Positions 24,050 to 38,119 of a DNA stretch of 64,000 bases are shown here, piece by piece. Source of the stretch: Octopus bimaculoides (taxonomy: Eukaryota). Location of the stretch: the NCBI RefSeq assembly GCF_001194135.2, contig NC_068993.1, forward strand, positions 45,159,431 through 45,223,430. The letters run 5' to 3'. Position numbers and translations under genes: made by a program. The notes below the pieces were generated by a model that was not told the DNA's origin, did not search any database, and was given only the letters and a program-made list of their open reading frames with translations. The number at the start of each line of letters is the position of its first letter. The first letter of the stretch is position 1.

Positions 24050-24504
24050 CTTGTTTCAGTCATTAGAATGCGACCACGCTGGGACACTGCNNNNNNNNNN
24101 ACATCTTGTTTCAGTCATTAGAATGCGACCACGCTGGGACACCGCATTGAATTTGTAGTCGAATTAATCGACCCCAGTACTTATTTTTAAAGCCGGGTAC
24201 TTATTCTATCGGCCTCTTTAGACGAACCGCCAAGTTGCGGGAAGGCAAACACACAAACACCGGTTGTCAGACGGTGGTGGGGGACAAACACAGACACAAA
24301 GACACCCACAGAGATAGACAGCTAGACAAACACACACATACGACTGGCTTCTTTCAATTTCTATCTACCAAATCTACTCACAAGTCCTCGATCGGCCCGA
24401 GGCAATAGTAGAAGTTACTTGCCCAAGGTGCCACACAACGGGACTGAACCTTGAACCATGTGGCTGGGAAGCAAGCTTTTTGCTACACAGCCAAGCCAGC
24501 GCCT
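24046..24504 (-). mobile_element. SINE family B
   Basis: Reverse complement of the family B head and body; about 42 bp duplicated across a 10-N gap. Confidence 0.82.
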
Positions 24505-24666
24505 ATATATTAATAGTTTGAATAAGGAAAGGAAAAGTCAAATTGATATTACAATTCGTTGCTGTTACGCAAAAGTGCCATAAGTACAAAACGTTGCTTT
24601 TTCAGAAAACGAAAAAAATAGTTCCACTATTTCATTTCTTTTTACATAATTCCTCATGTTTTAAAT

Positions 24667-24705
<39 letters not shown>

Positions 24706-24840
24706 GATGTATACATTTATATATGCATATATATACATACATGTATATGCATACACACACAAATATATATGTATATGTATACATATATATTTATGTATGT
24801 GTACATAAATATAAATGTGTGAATGTATATACATCTGTAG

Positions 24841-24875
<35 letters not shown>

Positions 24876-26169
24876 CATATANNNNNNNNNNNNNNNNNNN
24901 NNNNNNNNNNNNNNNNNNNNNNNNNNNNNNNNNNNNNNNNNNNNNNNNNNNNNNNNNNNNNNNNNNNNNNNNNNNNNNNNNTATATATATATATACACTC
25001 AAATTGCAGCTGCATTGTAGAGTTGCGTAAAGCTGAGTTTCATAATGCGAAGCGCATTTGAAGTAACATGGAAATCAATGGGAAGTAGATCTTGAGTTAA
25101 CGAAAGTGTACGTTACGCATGCACAGACACACACACATACATACACACGCACACACATACTCACACACGCATACACATATATTCATACAAACATATATAC
25201 ATACATGCATATACAAATAGACACAGATATATACACATGTAGGCATCTATATGTACATATATATGTATATATATATATGTGTGTGTGTATATATATATAT
25301 ATATACATACACACATTATGTATGTATGTATGTATGTATGTATCTATCTATCTTTCTATGTATCAGTGTAACTAATAAATGTAATTTTGTGGCCATTGAA
25401 TTTAATAACTATATTTGTTGAAATAAAGTCTTAAAAACTGCTTTGTGTGTATCGTTCGTGAATTTGACTCCGTGATAAACCAACGCTAATTATTAACTCG
25501 ACGTCGTTAAAATATTTATCAAATTCTTGTGGTCAGGAAAGCTTACTCTGCGTTGAGAATCAATCCTAAAGAAAGAATGTATTCATAAATCTCCTCTTAT
25601 GTTCATATGCAAACACTCACACACGCACACACATAAATGTTCATATATACATACATACACATACACAAACACACACACGCATACACACACAAACACACAC
25701 ACATAATGTACACATAGATTGATAGATAAATAGATAGATATTCGCGAGAGTATGTAAAATCTACAGAAAGCAGCATATTTGGTTGGAACTGCGTATATTA
25801 TTAATAACAGCTCCACAGGACTTAAAGTAGGAGTGTGCAACATTTTTCATTGGCGGGCCACTTTCGAACATTTGAAGAACTATTAGGGCCAGTCACCGTC
25901 AGAACTATGTAACCTAATGGCAACTGGTGTAATGAGTCATGAATACGTTGTGAATACATTTCTAAACAATAAAGACATTTAAAATTAAATTTAGTTTCAT
26001 TAATGTGAAACTTGATATTTTGTTTTTGCACAATTTATCAATGTCCGTTTTGACTAATGTAGTGACAACTCGAAGCTGACTGGTCAGATGTTCATCTGCG
26101 TGAGCTGACTTAGGTATTTGTTTCTAGCAGCTTTCATTCGTGAGAAGAACTGCTCACAACAACATGGCA

Positions 26170-26530
26170 CTAGGCTCGCAACATACGTGGCACTGGGATA
26201 TGTAATACACTACCTAAATACCAATCTTGAGAAATTAGGTTTCTCAAAACCAGAAATGAGAAAGCTGATTCGAAAACTACTTATCCAAACCATCACTGGA
26301 ACTAAAAATCTGTAAAACTTTGTAGAAGTTTATCATTTAAGCATATATGAGCAACTATATGCATGAGAATACATACATAAAAAAAACATACAAACCTGCA
26401 CAAATACGTACATACATACATACTGACATACATACAGATAAAAATACTATGTTGGTGTTGTTGAAATTCAAATTAAGAAGCCTTGGATCTAGATTAGAAA
26501 CGGGCTCTTTCTCTATTGGCAAGACATCTT
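26170..26530 (+). mobile_element. 3' end of an RLE-type (R4/Dong-like) LINE
   Basis: GYVIHYLNTNLEKLGFSKPEMRKLIRKL, then a (TACA)-rich 3' region and GAGCCTTGGATCTAGATTAGAAAC-like tail shared with 27920. Confidence 0.6.
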
Positions 26531-26580
26531 GAAATAAAACTGCATAATGACATACATACTTTCACACACACACACACACG

Positions 26581-26660
<80 letters not shown>

Positions 26661-26684
26661 TGTATAAATACATACATATGTCCA

Positions 26685-27960
26685 TGGTTACTGGGGCAGA
26701 AGATATGTAGCATACTACCTCAGCACCAATCTCGAGAAATTAGGATTCTCAAAACAAGAAAGGAGAAAGCTAATTAAAGAACTACAGATAAAACCTTCAA
26801 TAGAACTGTCAAAATATGTATTGGGTCAACACATAAATAATGCGGTTTTTTCAATCGCATGAACTAGAAGTCGGAGGGGGACGGGATAAACTACCTGCAT
26901 CAACTTGAACTAAAAGCAGGTAGTAATTTTACCTTGTACTTATTCTTAGTGGAAGTTTTGAAGAGTGCAGTTCAATTTTAACAGTTATTTTTTTCAAAGC
27001 TATAATGAGAGTGACAAAGGAGCATATCTGGCATATTTTACTTTATGAGTTCAATAAAGGCAACAACGCCACGGAAAGTGCGAGGAATATTAATGCAGTA
27101 TTTGGGGTTCGAACAATAAGCGTAAGCCGGTGTCAATGGTAGCTCCAGAAATTCCGAGCCCGAAACTACGGCCTAGAAGACGAGCCTCGTCCTGGAAGAT
27201 CTGTAGAGCTCGATGCAGACGTCCTGTAAATCCCATCGTAACTGTTGAGGAACTCGCAGAGAAGCTTGGATTTGGTCATTCAACCATTCATCGACACCTG
27301 CGCTAGAAGCAAAACGACCATCTTTGGTTTAAGACGAAAAGTGTTCTTCCATCAGGAAAATGCTCGGCCACATACAGCGATGATGACATTCCAAAGGCTG
27401 GAACAGTTCGAATGGGAAACGTTACCCCACCCACCATATTCAATGGACATTGTCCCATCTGATAATCATTTATTCCACAGTCTTCAAAATCATTTGGACA
27501 GAAACAATACGAATTCTGTAGACGAGGTCAGAACAGTACTTGAGGAGTATTTTTCGTCACTTCGTCACGGACAAGTGAATTTTGGAAGAGGAGCTTTGCA
27601 TGTCTATCAGATAGATGGAAGAGCATTGTTGAAAATAAGGGAGAGTATATTCTAGATTAAAAAAGAACTTTGTTTATCTTAATTTTGAAAAATAAAAGAA
27701 GTATAAAAAACCGTATTATTTATAGGATAACCCAATAAAACTTACCAAAAGTTTAGCATATAACTACATATGCACATATCTAGACACACAACTATATGTA
27801 TGAGTATACATACATAAAACAAAACATACAGATCTGTACATGTACTGACTCCAAATATTTGCACATATACACACATACCTGCACGACTACCACGATAATG
27901 TTGAAATTCTAATAAAAGAGCCTTGGATCTAAATTAGAAGCTCACTTGTTCTCCAAAAGC
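26685..27960 (+). mobile_element. Second RLE-LINE 3' end, interrupted by a mariner
   Basis: YVAYYLSTNLEKLGFSKQERRKLI before the mariner and AAAACTTACCAAAAGTTTAGC after it; removing the mariner restores the TGTAAAACT junction seen at 26311. Confidence 0.65.
26821..27735 (+). mobile_element. Internally deleted mariner, 915 bp
   Basis: TA TSD; TIRs TTGGGTCAACACATAAATAATGCGGTTTTT and AAAAACCGTATTATTTATAGGATAACCCAA; FFHQENARPH, WETLPHPPYSMDIVPSDNHLFHSLQNHL. Confidence 0.93.
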
Positions 27961-28049
27961 AGGAAATGTAGAATTACAACTAAATAATAACGAATATATA
28001 GCTCAGTGTTACTGGAAACTTTGACATCAATGGAAATGTTGGCAAGCTA

Positions 28050-29060
28050 TAACTTCCCACGCATAAATGGCGACCATGGTCTTAAATCTGTATTAATGTT
28101 ATATGAAGCAGTACCTGCAGCAAAGGAAAGAGAGCTGTAACCATCTTGCCCAAATTTATGAGTACGAAAATACCATCTCTAAGATAGCTAATGAGCTTAA
28201 AGAGAGATATAAAATAAGATCTGGCGCAGGTCTCTCCCTATGTATCAGAACAACAAAATATAAAAATGAACCAGTTCATTGAGAAGTTAGTGTATGAGTA
28301 CTTGGCACTGAAGATGGGAGCTATAGAGGGAATAAATCGTATCAAATGCTTAGCATGGAGTACCGTCAAGTTTATGACATCCTACTTTGAAGGTTATCTT
28401 CAAGAACAAGAGATCCCTACGAAATACCTGCAGCATACAAGGCAGAAAACATTGGCAGACAACAAATGTAGTCTGTGCGAAATTATGACTGAAGACATTA
28501 ACAATATTATTGCCAACTGCAAGAGAATGTTTTGTAGATGTTATCTTTCCCACGCGGCACGACGCAGTGCCCAGAACAGTCTGGAAAAAAATTGAGAAAA
28601 AAAGCAAGTACCAACAAGTGAAGTTGACTTTTTATTGAGGCTGAATATTGGTGGAACTTAAAAGCTCGAAGTTATAAAACAATCTGCCAGATATTGTTGT
28701 GTAGGGACACGAGAAAAATATGTTCTGTTGTGGAAATCAGCTGGCCTCTAGACACTAGTCTGGTCAGAAAAATATAAGATAAAGAAAGCATTTGTGGACC
28801 TTTGATAAAAGAGTTTGCAAATCCAATACCCAAGAAACATTTTCATTTTCATACCTATAATTATTAGAGCAACAGGATATGTAGCAACTCACCTGAAGCA
28901 AAGTATGACTGAATTTGGGTTCTTAGGGAGGGAAAGCAACTCCTTAATTCGTACGCTACCAATGGTTGCGATATCTGGGAGAATAAAAACCCGTAGGGCC
29001 TCTATAAGATTTCTCTGATTTATAACCTTGTTACCAAGTAGGTGACCGGTCAAAATTAAC
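28050..29060 (+). mobile_element. Degenerate RLE-LINE zinc-knuckle and endonuclease region
   Basis: EGYLQEQEIPTKYL, KCSLC..EDINNIIANC (CCHC-like), PIIIRATGYV. Confidence 0.7.
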
Positions 29061-29409
29061 TGTACATTTTACAGAGAAGGAGAAAACATACATACAAACA
29101 TACCTAGAGAGATATACCTTTGCTCTCCAGCAACAGAATATAGCTGCTAAAGACCTGAAAAACAAGTGAGACAAAGACGCCGTGGAAACATCCACGTTGT
29201 AATAGAAAATGGCGGTTTTGATATACCCGTCTGGAAGATATCACCCGCATCTTCAGCAACTACTCCAAAATGATTGGAAGATACTAATACCCTTGTGGTA
29301 TACATCCATACACTCACACATCCATCCATCCATCCATCCATCCATCCATCCATCCATACATACATATTGAGATCGATGGGTCAAAAAAATATTGTTAGAA
29401 CTTAAAAAT

Positions 29410-29825
29410 CAGAACAACCACCAAGTTAAAACACAACCGGCCAGGGACCTCAAAGAAAAGATATGCTCTGTTGTGGAAACCAGCTGCTCTCTGGACACGA
29501 ATGTGATTAGAAAAATACAAGAGAAAGTGGACATCTATGGACCACTGATAAGGAGTTTGCAAATCCACTACCCAAGATACACTTCCAGTTTCATACCAAT
29601 TATTATTGGAGCAGCAGGGTACGTATCAACGCGTCTGGAGCAAAGTATGTCTGGACTTTGGATCCTGGGGAGAGAATGCATATCTTTAATTCATATGCTA
29701 CCAATGATCACGATATCTGAGGCTATAAAAATCTGCAAGAACTTCTTAAGATTTAAAGGATGATGAATAAAACAAGATGCTTTCTTTTGCAAGTTTACTA
29801 CCAAGCAGGTGACCGGTCAAAGTTT
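29410..29825 (+). mobile_element. RLE-LINE 3' fragment paralogous to 28700-29060
   Basis: ICSVVETSCSLDTN...IYGPLIRSLQIHYPRY..FIPIIIGAAGYV...KICKNFLRF; shared CCAAG(C/T)AGGTGACCGGTCAAA. Confidence 0.75.
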
Positions 29826-29854
29826 ACTCTAAAATTAAAGAGAAACAGAGAAGA

Positions 29855-29885
<31 letters not shown>

Positions 29886-30467
29886 CAGCATGGTGAAATG
29901 TATAAACCGAAAATACGTCGTCAAGAAAAAAGGGAATATAAAAAACATCTGTGTCACTCATTGATTTATATAACTCTTAACACCATATATTTGCCTGTTT
30001 TGTTTATTTTATCANNNNNNNNNNNNNNNNNNNNNNNNNNNNNNNNNNNNNNNNNNNNNNNNNNNNNNNNNNNNNNNNNNNNNNNNNNNNNNNNNNNNNN
30101 NNNNNNNNNNNNNNNNNNNNNNNNNNNNNNNNNNNNNNNNNNNNNNNNNNNNNNNNNNNNNNNNNNNNNNNNNNNNNNNNNNNNNNNNNNNNNNNNNNNN
30201 NNNNNNNNNNNNNNNNNNNNNNNNNNNNNNNNNNNNNNNNNNNNNNNNNNNNNNNNNNNNNNNNNNNNNNNNNNNNNNNNNNNNNNNNNNNNNNNNNNNN
30301 NNNNNNNNNNNNNNNNNNNNNNNNNNNNNNNNNNNNNNNNNNNNNNNNNNNNNNNNNNNNNNNNNNNNNNNNNNNNNNNNNNNNNNNNNNNNNNNNNNNN
30401 NNNNNNNNNNNNNNNNNNNNNNNNNNNNNNNNNNNNNNNAACCACATAAACATCCATGCGCCTATGT

Positions 30468-31500
30468 CAGTGATTTTCAAATTTTTCAAAAAATTTTATG
30501 TGCCGGTCCCTTTACAGTTATTTTGATGATTCGCGGTCCTCAATAAAATGCAGGATAATTAACATGGAAAAAATGACATACATTCGAACCGTAACTTCCA
30601 GACTATGAACCGCTCTGCTCATAGACCCGCAATCCTGATAACTACAACTTAATCCGCGTAATAACCCTCTGGGATACAATAAATACACATGAAAATATGG
30701 AGGAATCGGTTGATCAATTAGTTACAAAACAAATGATAAACGAGAACAGTCCGAAAATATCCCGAGTATCCTGTATTAACAACTGTGTAAGACCTATTTT
30801 TGCCCATTTAGCAGACAGAAACCGCGGGTCATACACCGAAAACTACGGTATACGTACGTACATGACAGTGGTTCTCGAACTTTTGGCATCACCTTCCCAT
30901 TTTACCATATTTAGGATGCTATTCCTTCCTGTTGTCAGGTCATTCTTCTTATTGATTATCCAAGAGGTGAATTTCAACCAATTTACCTATTTTCAGTAGA
31001 AGAATTTTAATAGCATCTCAAAATGTACAGAATTTTATGTCAATTGGACCACTAGTATGCACGAAAAACCAGAATTTTAGTAGAAACACCGTCTTGTCTT
31101 CCTCCCTTGAAAGTTTGCCATCCCATTTTCTGAATCCCTGATGCATAACATGACGACAACAAGAAAATAATTATATAAGAAATTATTTATTCACAAAAGC
31201 AGTCATTTTATTTGCAGCAAAGTAACCAGCTCTTCTGTGTTCGGCTCTGTTTTGGAGAAGGCAACCTTCATTTCTGGTGTGACATCCAGTCAATTTTGTG
31301 ACTTTGTTTTGATGGCAAGGAAAGTAGAAAACGCTGTCTTACACTCATCGGTAGTTGGAAATGGAATCAGTACTTTAGGAGCCATCTTTGCGACATCAGG
31401 GTATGACCTTGCCATTTCAATCCGAGTCAGAACAGCACGTTTCACGGAAAGAAAAACTACAGCCCCAAAACAGGTGGAGGAAACTCTTAACCGGGTAGCG
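30468..31500 (-). mobile_element. hAT (Charlie/Buster-like) remnants including the transposase dimerisation domain
   Basis: SYPDVAKMAPKVLIPFPTTDECKTAFSTFLAIKTK..LDVTPEMKVAFSKTEP at 31211-31420; TIR-like CAGTGATTTTCAAA (30468) and CAGTGGTTCTCGAAC (near 30866). Confidence 0.75.
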
Positions 31501-31635
31501 TGAGATGAGTATTGTGCGTGTATACGAATGTATGTATGTATGTATGTATGTATGTATGTGTGAGTACATAGGTATGTTTGTATGCATATATGTATGAGTA
31601 TATGTATGTATTGATGTATGTGTATGTATATTTGT

Positions 31636-31670
<35 letters not shown>

Positions 31671-32429
31671 CATATATGTGTGTGGGTATGTGTGTATGTG
31701 TGTGTCTGTGTGTAGGAGATTACTCAGTCCTTAATATATATATTAAAAATTTCCTACGCTATGCAGTGCATGGAGATACATTAAAATTTAAAATGACATG
31801 CAGGCTGGCTGCTCCTGCAGTTTGCACAAAGTATCAGTTGCAAACGCCAGTTCAATTATTTCAAGTCCTAGTGACTCTCATAAATCTCAGTACTTGTTCT
31901 CCTCTTGTTCCGATCAAATTTCTCACAAATACAAATATAAAAACTCAACGCGCCTATATATACGTGTGAGTCTCTTTGTGTGTGTGTATACGTGACAAAA
32001 CCTTTTTATAAAAATATTTTTACTAAAAGCTAGCGCAAAAAACATGATTTGGTTGTTATTTGTTTCAAAGCAAAACAAAAAAATTGCTATGTAACAGGTT
32101 GCAGGTTGCAAGGCAATGGGTTTAGGCATGGCTATGTGGTTAAAAAGCTCGCTTTGCAATCAGGTAGTTTAGTGCCCTATTGTACGGCATATTGAGCAGG
32201 ATGTTTTTCTATAGCCCCAGGCCAAAGCCCGAGCCAACAACTCGGCTAACCCCCGGGTTAACTCCCAGGACAATCCATGTGCTAATCCCCGTGCTAATCC
32301 TCGGGCCAGTCAGTGACTTGTGAGTAAGCTTGGTAGATTAAAAAAAAAACTATGGAAAGGTCCGTCTCGTGTATGTGTGTGACATAGCATTTTTATCAAA
32401 ATATTTTTTGCTAAATGCAAACACAACAG

Positions 32430-32640
32430 ACCTGGCAGAAAGGTTAGCACTCCGGGCGAAATTCTGACCGGTATTTTGTCTGTCTTTACGTTCTGAGTTC
32501 AAATTCCGCCGAGGTCGACTTTGCTTTTCATCCTTTCGAGGTCGATAAATTAAGTACCAGTTGCGAACGGGGGTCGATCTAATCAACTGTCCCACTCCCC
32601 CAAATTTTCGGGCCTTGTGCCTGGAGTAAAAAAAGAATAT
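32430..32640 (+). mobile_element. SINE family A
   Basis: Matches 14031-14245. Confidence 0.85.
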
Positions 32641-32716
32641 AGTTACTTTTTACTCGATAAGGGTGTTACCAAGGATGTTAGTCCTACGCAAACATTTTTT
32701 ACTTCTAGGAAGAGGT

Positions 32717-32846
32717 GATCCGTATTAGTCTAGCCTCTATCCTTTGACCTGTCCAGTATGACAGGCCGTACCAGAAGCTTGTGCTTCGCTGGCTTAGCTC
32801 TTAGGGTCATCGAGGCACACAGTTCGTTACACCGCATCAAGGACTG
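32717..32846 (-). mobile_element. RTE-like 5' segment
   Basis: Similar to 11880-12000 and 54660-54790 (TATCCTTTGACC.GTCCAG...CGCTGGC.TAGCT.TCAGG.TCAT). Confidence 0.5.
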
Positions 32847-32859
32847 GATCTTGTGCTGC

Positions 32860-33575
32860 AGCAATACCTTTTGTCTTTTGCGTATTTCAGTCATTAGACT
32901 GCAATCATGCTGGGGCACCACCTTGAGGAATTTTCTGTCGAATCTATCGACCGCAGTACTTTATCTTTTTTAAGATCTGATGCTTATTGTATCCGTCTCT
33001 TTTGCCGAACTGCTAGGTTACATGACAACCAGCACCAGTTATCAAACAGTGGTGGTAGAGGGACAAACACAGGCACCAGGACACAAGCACATAGATACAT
33101 AGAAGCATAGATACATATATAGTGGAAGCGCGTGACTTAGTGGTTTGGGTGTTGCGTTCATGATCGTAAGATTGTGGTTTCGATTCCTGTACCGGGAGAC
33201 GCGTTGTGTTCTTGAGCAAAACATTTCATTTCACATTGTTCCAGTTCATTCAGCAGGTAAAAATGAGTTATGCTGCGACGGACTGGCGTCCCGTCCAGGT
33301 GGCGGTCTACATACACCATGAAACCGGGAAACCAGCCCTTATGAGTCGGTATGACTCGAGAAGGTAACTTTACCTTTACCTTTATATACATATATACGAC
33401 GGGCTTCTTTCAGTTTCCGTCCACTAAATCCACTCACAAGGTTTTGGTCGGCCCGAGGCTATAGAAGAAGGCACTTGCCCATGAGGCTATAGAAGAAGGC
33501 ATTTGCCCAAGGTGCCAAGCAGTGGGACTGAACCCCGAACCATGTGGTCGGGAAGCAAGTTTCTTATCACACAGC
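32860..33575. mobile_element. Family B SINE (minus) with a nested plus-strand tRNA-derived SINE (about 33130-33385)
   Basis: Family B halves at 32860-33110 and 33395-33575 flank a head GTGACTTAGTGGTT...GGTTTCGATTCC. Confidence 0.7.
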
Positions 33576-33980
33576 CGTTGTCAGTCTGTTGTTAAAACGT
33601 TTACATAATTCTCTCACCCAGTGAATATACAAAAGGTGGGTGACTCAAGCAAAAATGGTTCGGGTGAATGGACCAGCTCTAGATATACACATGTAGATTG
33701 GAGAACAATAGATGGGCGAGGGCTCGTTACTTTGGTTCTCAAGGTAATCCTGGACCTGTGAGGTTTGTTGACTAGCCTTAGCTGGAAGTTTTTTTCTGCA
33801 TCAGGAGGACTGCAACATTCATGTTGTTCGCACATGCTTGTCATACTATGTATACTTTTATTTCATTTCATCGTCTTTTCTATTTCTCTTCCTCCCTCAT
33901 CTTTTATGCAAATCCTTACACGAATCGTAGATTGTCCTGATGTCCCCCGTGAGGCAAATAAAGAAATCACCACCACCACC

Positions 33981-34051
<71 letters not shown>

Positions 34052-34786
34052 TTTTACTTCCTTTTATGTGACATTTTTCTCTAGAACTGCAACTAAAATC
34101 GTACTCCGATTTCAGACCCTTTAAAAAACAGAAAACAGTTCGACAGTAATAAATATTATTAATATAGTCATCGTACTTTTCAAAACAGTCGATCATAAAT
34201 CCTCTCTTTCTCGCTTAATTGCCAGTGAAATGTTCACAGCCACTAAACCGCTGACACGAACTACAATTCTTATTTTATTTTTTTCTGCTCTAAGCGACTA
34301 TATCGGGCCTTTCGTGTTCGAAATTGGCTCTTACGTTGAACTATATGGAATATATTTAACTTTACAACTAGTTTTAAAAAATATCTGACACAAGGTAGTC
34401 TTTCATTCGGATGGCGTTGTAATATATTAGCTTGTAAAGCAATGATACCATATTGCTGATAAAGGTGTCAAAGGATACTGGCCATTCGTACAAAGTGTGG
34501 CTGTGTGGCTAAGAAGATCGTTTTGCAACCATGTAATTTCGGGTTCAATCTCAATGCGTGACACCTCGGATTAGTGTTTCTTTTTAACTATACTTTCAGG
34601 AAAACCAATGCCTTGTGAAAGGATTTGATAGACAGAAGTATGTGACAGCCTGTCGTGTGTGTGTGTGTATCGACCCCACTAAATATTTTGTTAAGTCAAG
34701 TATTTATTCTATCGGCCCTTTGCCAAACCGCTAAGTCACGGAGACGTAAACAGACCAACATCAGTTGTGACGCGGGATACACCCGC

Positions 34787-34845
<59 letters not shown>

Positions 34846-35842
34846 NNNNNNNNNNNNNNNNNNNNNNNNNNNNNNNNNNNNNNNNNNNNNNNNNNNNNNN
34901 NNNNNNNNNNNNNNNNNNNNNNNNNNNNNNNNNNNNNNNNNNNNNNNNNNNNNNNNNNNNNNNNNNNNNNNNNNNNNNNNNNNNNNNNNNNNNNNNNNNN
35001 NNNNNNNNNNNNNNNNNNNNNNNNNNNNNNNNNNNNNNNNNNNNNNNNNNNNNNNNNNNNNNNNNNNNNNNNNNNNNNNNNNNNNNNNNNNNNNNNNNNN
35101 NNNNNNNNNNNNNNNNNNNNNNNNNNNNNNNNNNNNNNNNNNNNNNNNNNNNNNNNNNNNNNNNNNNNNNNNNNNNNNNNNNNNNNNNNNNNNNNNNNNN
35201 NNNNNNNNNNNNNNNNNNNNNNNNNNNNNNNNNNNNNNNNNNNNNNNNNNNNNNNNNNNNNNNNNNNNNNNNNNNNNNNNNNNNNNNNNNNNNNNNNNNN
35301 NNNNNNNNNNNNNNNNNNNNNNNNNNNNNNNNNNNNNNNNNNNNNNNNNNNNNNNNNNNNNNNNNNNNNNNNNNNNNNNNNNNNNNNNNNNNNNNNNNNN
35401 NNNNNNNNNNNNNNNNNTATATATATGGATTGAAGTAATCCAGTAGTACTCATACAAAAATATCCTTAATGTATCATTATACAAAAATCGATAAGGAATA
35501 TATAAAGTGATAAATGATAGAAAAATAGTTTGATGAAATTTTATTTAACAAAAAGAAAATTCTAATATCATGTTACATCGAGAATTTACTATTTAACAAA
35601 GACTTTATTTCACCTGAGAAGGTAGCTTAAATTCTGCCTTACTTTAAAGGATTTTTTGCATTATGCATTGATGCAGACATGTACTTATTTTATATATTAT
35701 TAAATATAATAATATAAATTATTTACATGTTTTTAAGTTACGAAACAATTTGTCGTGATAGAATTTTCCTATTGTTTCTCTGTCATATATATATATAAAT
35801 GTATGTATGTACATATGTATACATATACATATACACATACAT

Positions 35843-36157
35843 GTTGTGCATGAGGAACGTCGGAGGATAATCAACGATATTGCTGTTGTTGTTGGTCTGT
35901 CGTATGGATTCGTGCAGACAATCTTAATGTCTGCATTGTTTACGACGACAATGAACCCTGTCTCCGACCTCTCATCACTCGTAAGTTTCTCGCCAAAAAC
36001 AACATGGTATCGCTTCCGCACCCACCCTATTCGCCAGATTTAGCACCTGCAGACTTCCATCCCTTCCGTAAGATGAAAATGCAGCTGAAAGGTCGCCGTT
36101 TTAACACCATTGTCGAGATCAAAAGCTAATCGCAGAAGCTCGACTCGCTTAAAGGAA
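35843..36157 (+). mobile_element. Internally deleted mariner fragment
   Basis: HEERRRIINDIAVVVGLSYG fused to NNMVSLPHPPYSPDLAPADF..KMKMQLKGRRF; same family as 1507-2257. Confidence 0.85.
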
Positions 36158-36924
36158 NNNNNNNNNNNNNNNNNNNNNNNNNNNNNNNNNNNNNNNNNNN
36201 NNNNNNNNNNNNNNNNNNNNNNNNNNNNNNNNNNNNNNNNNNNNNNNNNNNNNNNNNNNNNNNNNNNNNNNNNNNNNNNNNNNNNNNNNNNNNNNNNNNN
36301 NNNNNNNNNNNNNNNNNNNNNNNNNNNNNNNNNNNNNNNNNNNNNNNNNNNNNNNNNNNNNNNNNNNNNNNNNNNNNNNNNNNNNNNNNNNNNNNNNNNN
36401 NNNNNNNNNNNNNNNNNNNNNNNNNNNNNNNNNNNNNNNNNNNNNNNNNNNNNNNNNNNNNNNNNNNNNNNNNNNNNNNNNNNNNNNNNNNNNNNNNNNN
36501 NNNNNNNNNNNNNNNNNNNNNNNNNNNNNNNNNNNNNNNNNNNNNNNNNNNNNNNNNNNNNNNNNNNNNNNNNNNNNNNNNNNNNNNNNNNNNNNNNNNN
36601 NNNNNNNNNNNNNNNNNNNNNNNNNNNNNNNNNNNNNNNNNNNNNNNNNNNNNNNNNNNNNNNNNNNNNNNNNNNNNNNNNNNNNNNNNNNNNNNNNNNN
36701 NNNNNNNNNNNNNNNNNNNNNNNNNNNNNNNNNNNNNNNNNNNNNNNNNNNNNNNNNNNNNNNNNNNNNNNNNNNNNNNNNNNNNNNNNNNNNNNNNNNN
36801 NNNNNNNNNNNNNNNNNNNNNNNNNNNNNNNNNNNNNNNNNNNNNNNNNNNNNNNNNNNNNNNNNNNNNNNNNNNNNNNNNNGTATATGTAAATATGCAA
36901 AGGTATGTATATATAGAGATAGAG

Positions 36925-36991
<67 letters not shown>

Positions 36992-37948
36992 CGCGTGTAT
37001 GTATGTGTGTGTGTGTGTGTGTGTAGATATGCAGAAGTATATGAATTCCCCAGTATAAATTATTTTTATTTCTATGTCCTCAATCAAGTTAGAACCTGAT
37101 AGACAAAATTGGTGTAGTTTATTCCTGCCACGGAGTGAAATGAGTTTCTAAGAGAAAAGATGGCGTATATGTGTGTATGCACGTGTGTATGTATGTATGT
37201 ATGTATGTATGTATGTATGTNNNNNNNNNNNNNNNNNNNNNNNNNNNNNNNNNNNNNNNNNNNNNNNNNNNNNNNNNNNNNNNNNNNNNNNNNNNNNNNN
37301 NNNNNNNNNNNNNNNNNNNNNNNNNNNNNNNNNNNNNNNNNNNNNNNNNNNNNNNNNNNNNNNNNNNNNNNNNNNNNNNNNNNNNNNNNNNNNNNNNNNN
37401 NNNNNNNNNNNNNNNNNNNNNNNNNNNNNNNNNNNNNNNNNNNNNNNNNNNNNNNNNNNNNNNNNNNNNNNNNNNNNNNNNNNNNNNNNNNNNNNNNNNN
37501 NNNNNNNNNNNNNNNNNNNNNNNNNNNNNNNNNNNNNNNNNNNNNNNNNNNNNNNNNNNNNNNNNNNNNNNNNNNNNNNNNNNNNNNNNNNNNNNNNNNN
37601 NNNNNNNNNNNNNNNNNNNNNNNNNNNNNNNNNNNNNNNNNNNNNNNNNNNNNNNNNNNNNNNNNNNNNNNNNNNNNNNNNNNNNNNNNNNNNNNNNNNN
37701 NNNNNNNNNNNNNNNNNNNNNNNNNNNNNNNNNNNNNNNNNNNNNNNNNNNNNNNNNNNNNNNNNNNNNNNNNNNNNNNNNNNNNNNNNNNNNNNNNNNN
37801 NNNNNNNNNNNNNNNNNNNNNNNNNNNNNNNNTATATACATACATATATTTCGAAACGTAAAAGACTTCCTCACTTCCCGGGCGTTAAATTAATACATCT
37901 GTTTGTTGTTTACACACCCGTCTTCGTCTTCTGTTTATTTGCAAATTC

Positions 37949-37983
<35 letters not shown>

Positions 37984-38119
37984 GTATATGCACATACATA
38001 AACACACAAACATTCACTTATATTAACTGGTTGAAGTCACACTAGAGACATACAATATATTCCAGAAAGTATTTAAAAAATCAACATGGACTACAACAGT
38101 CATTTCAGCTTCAGTGTTT

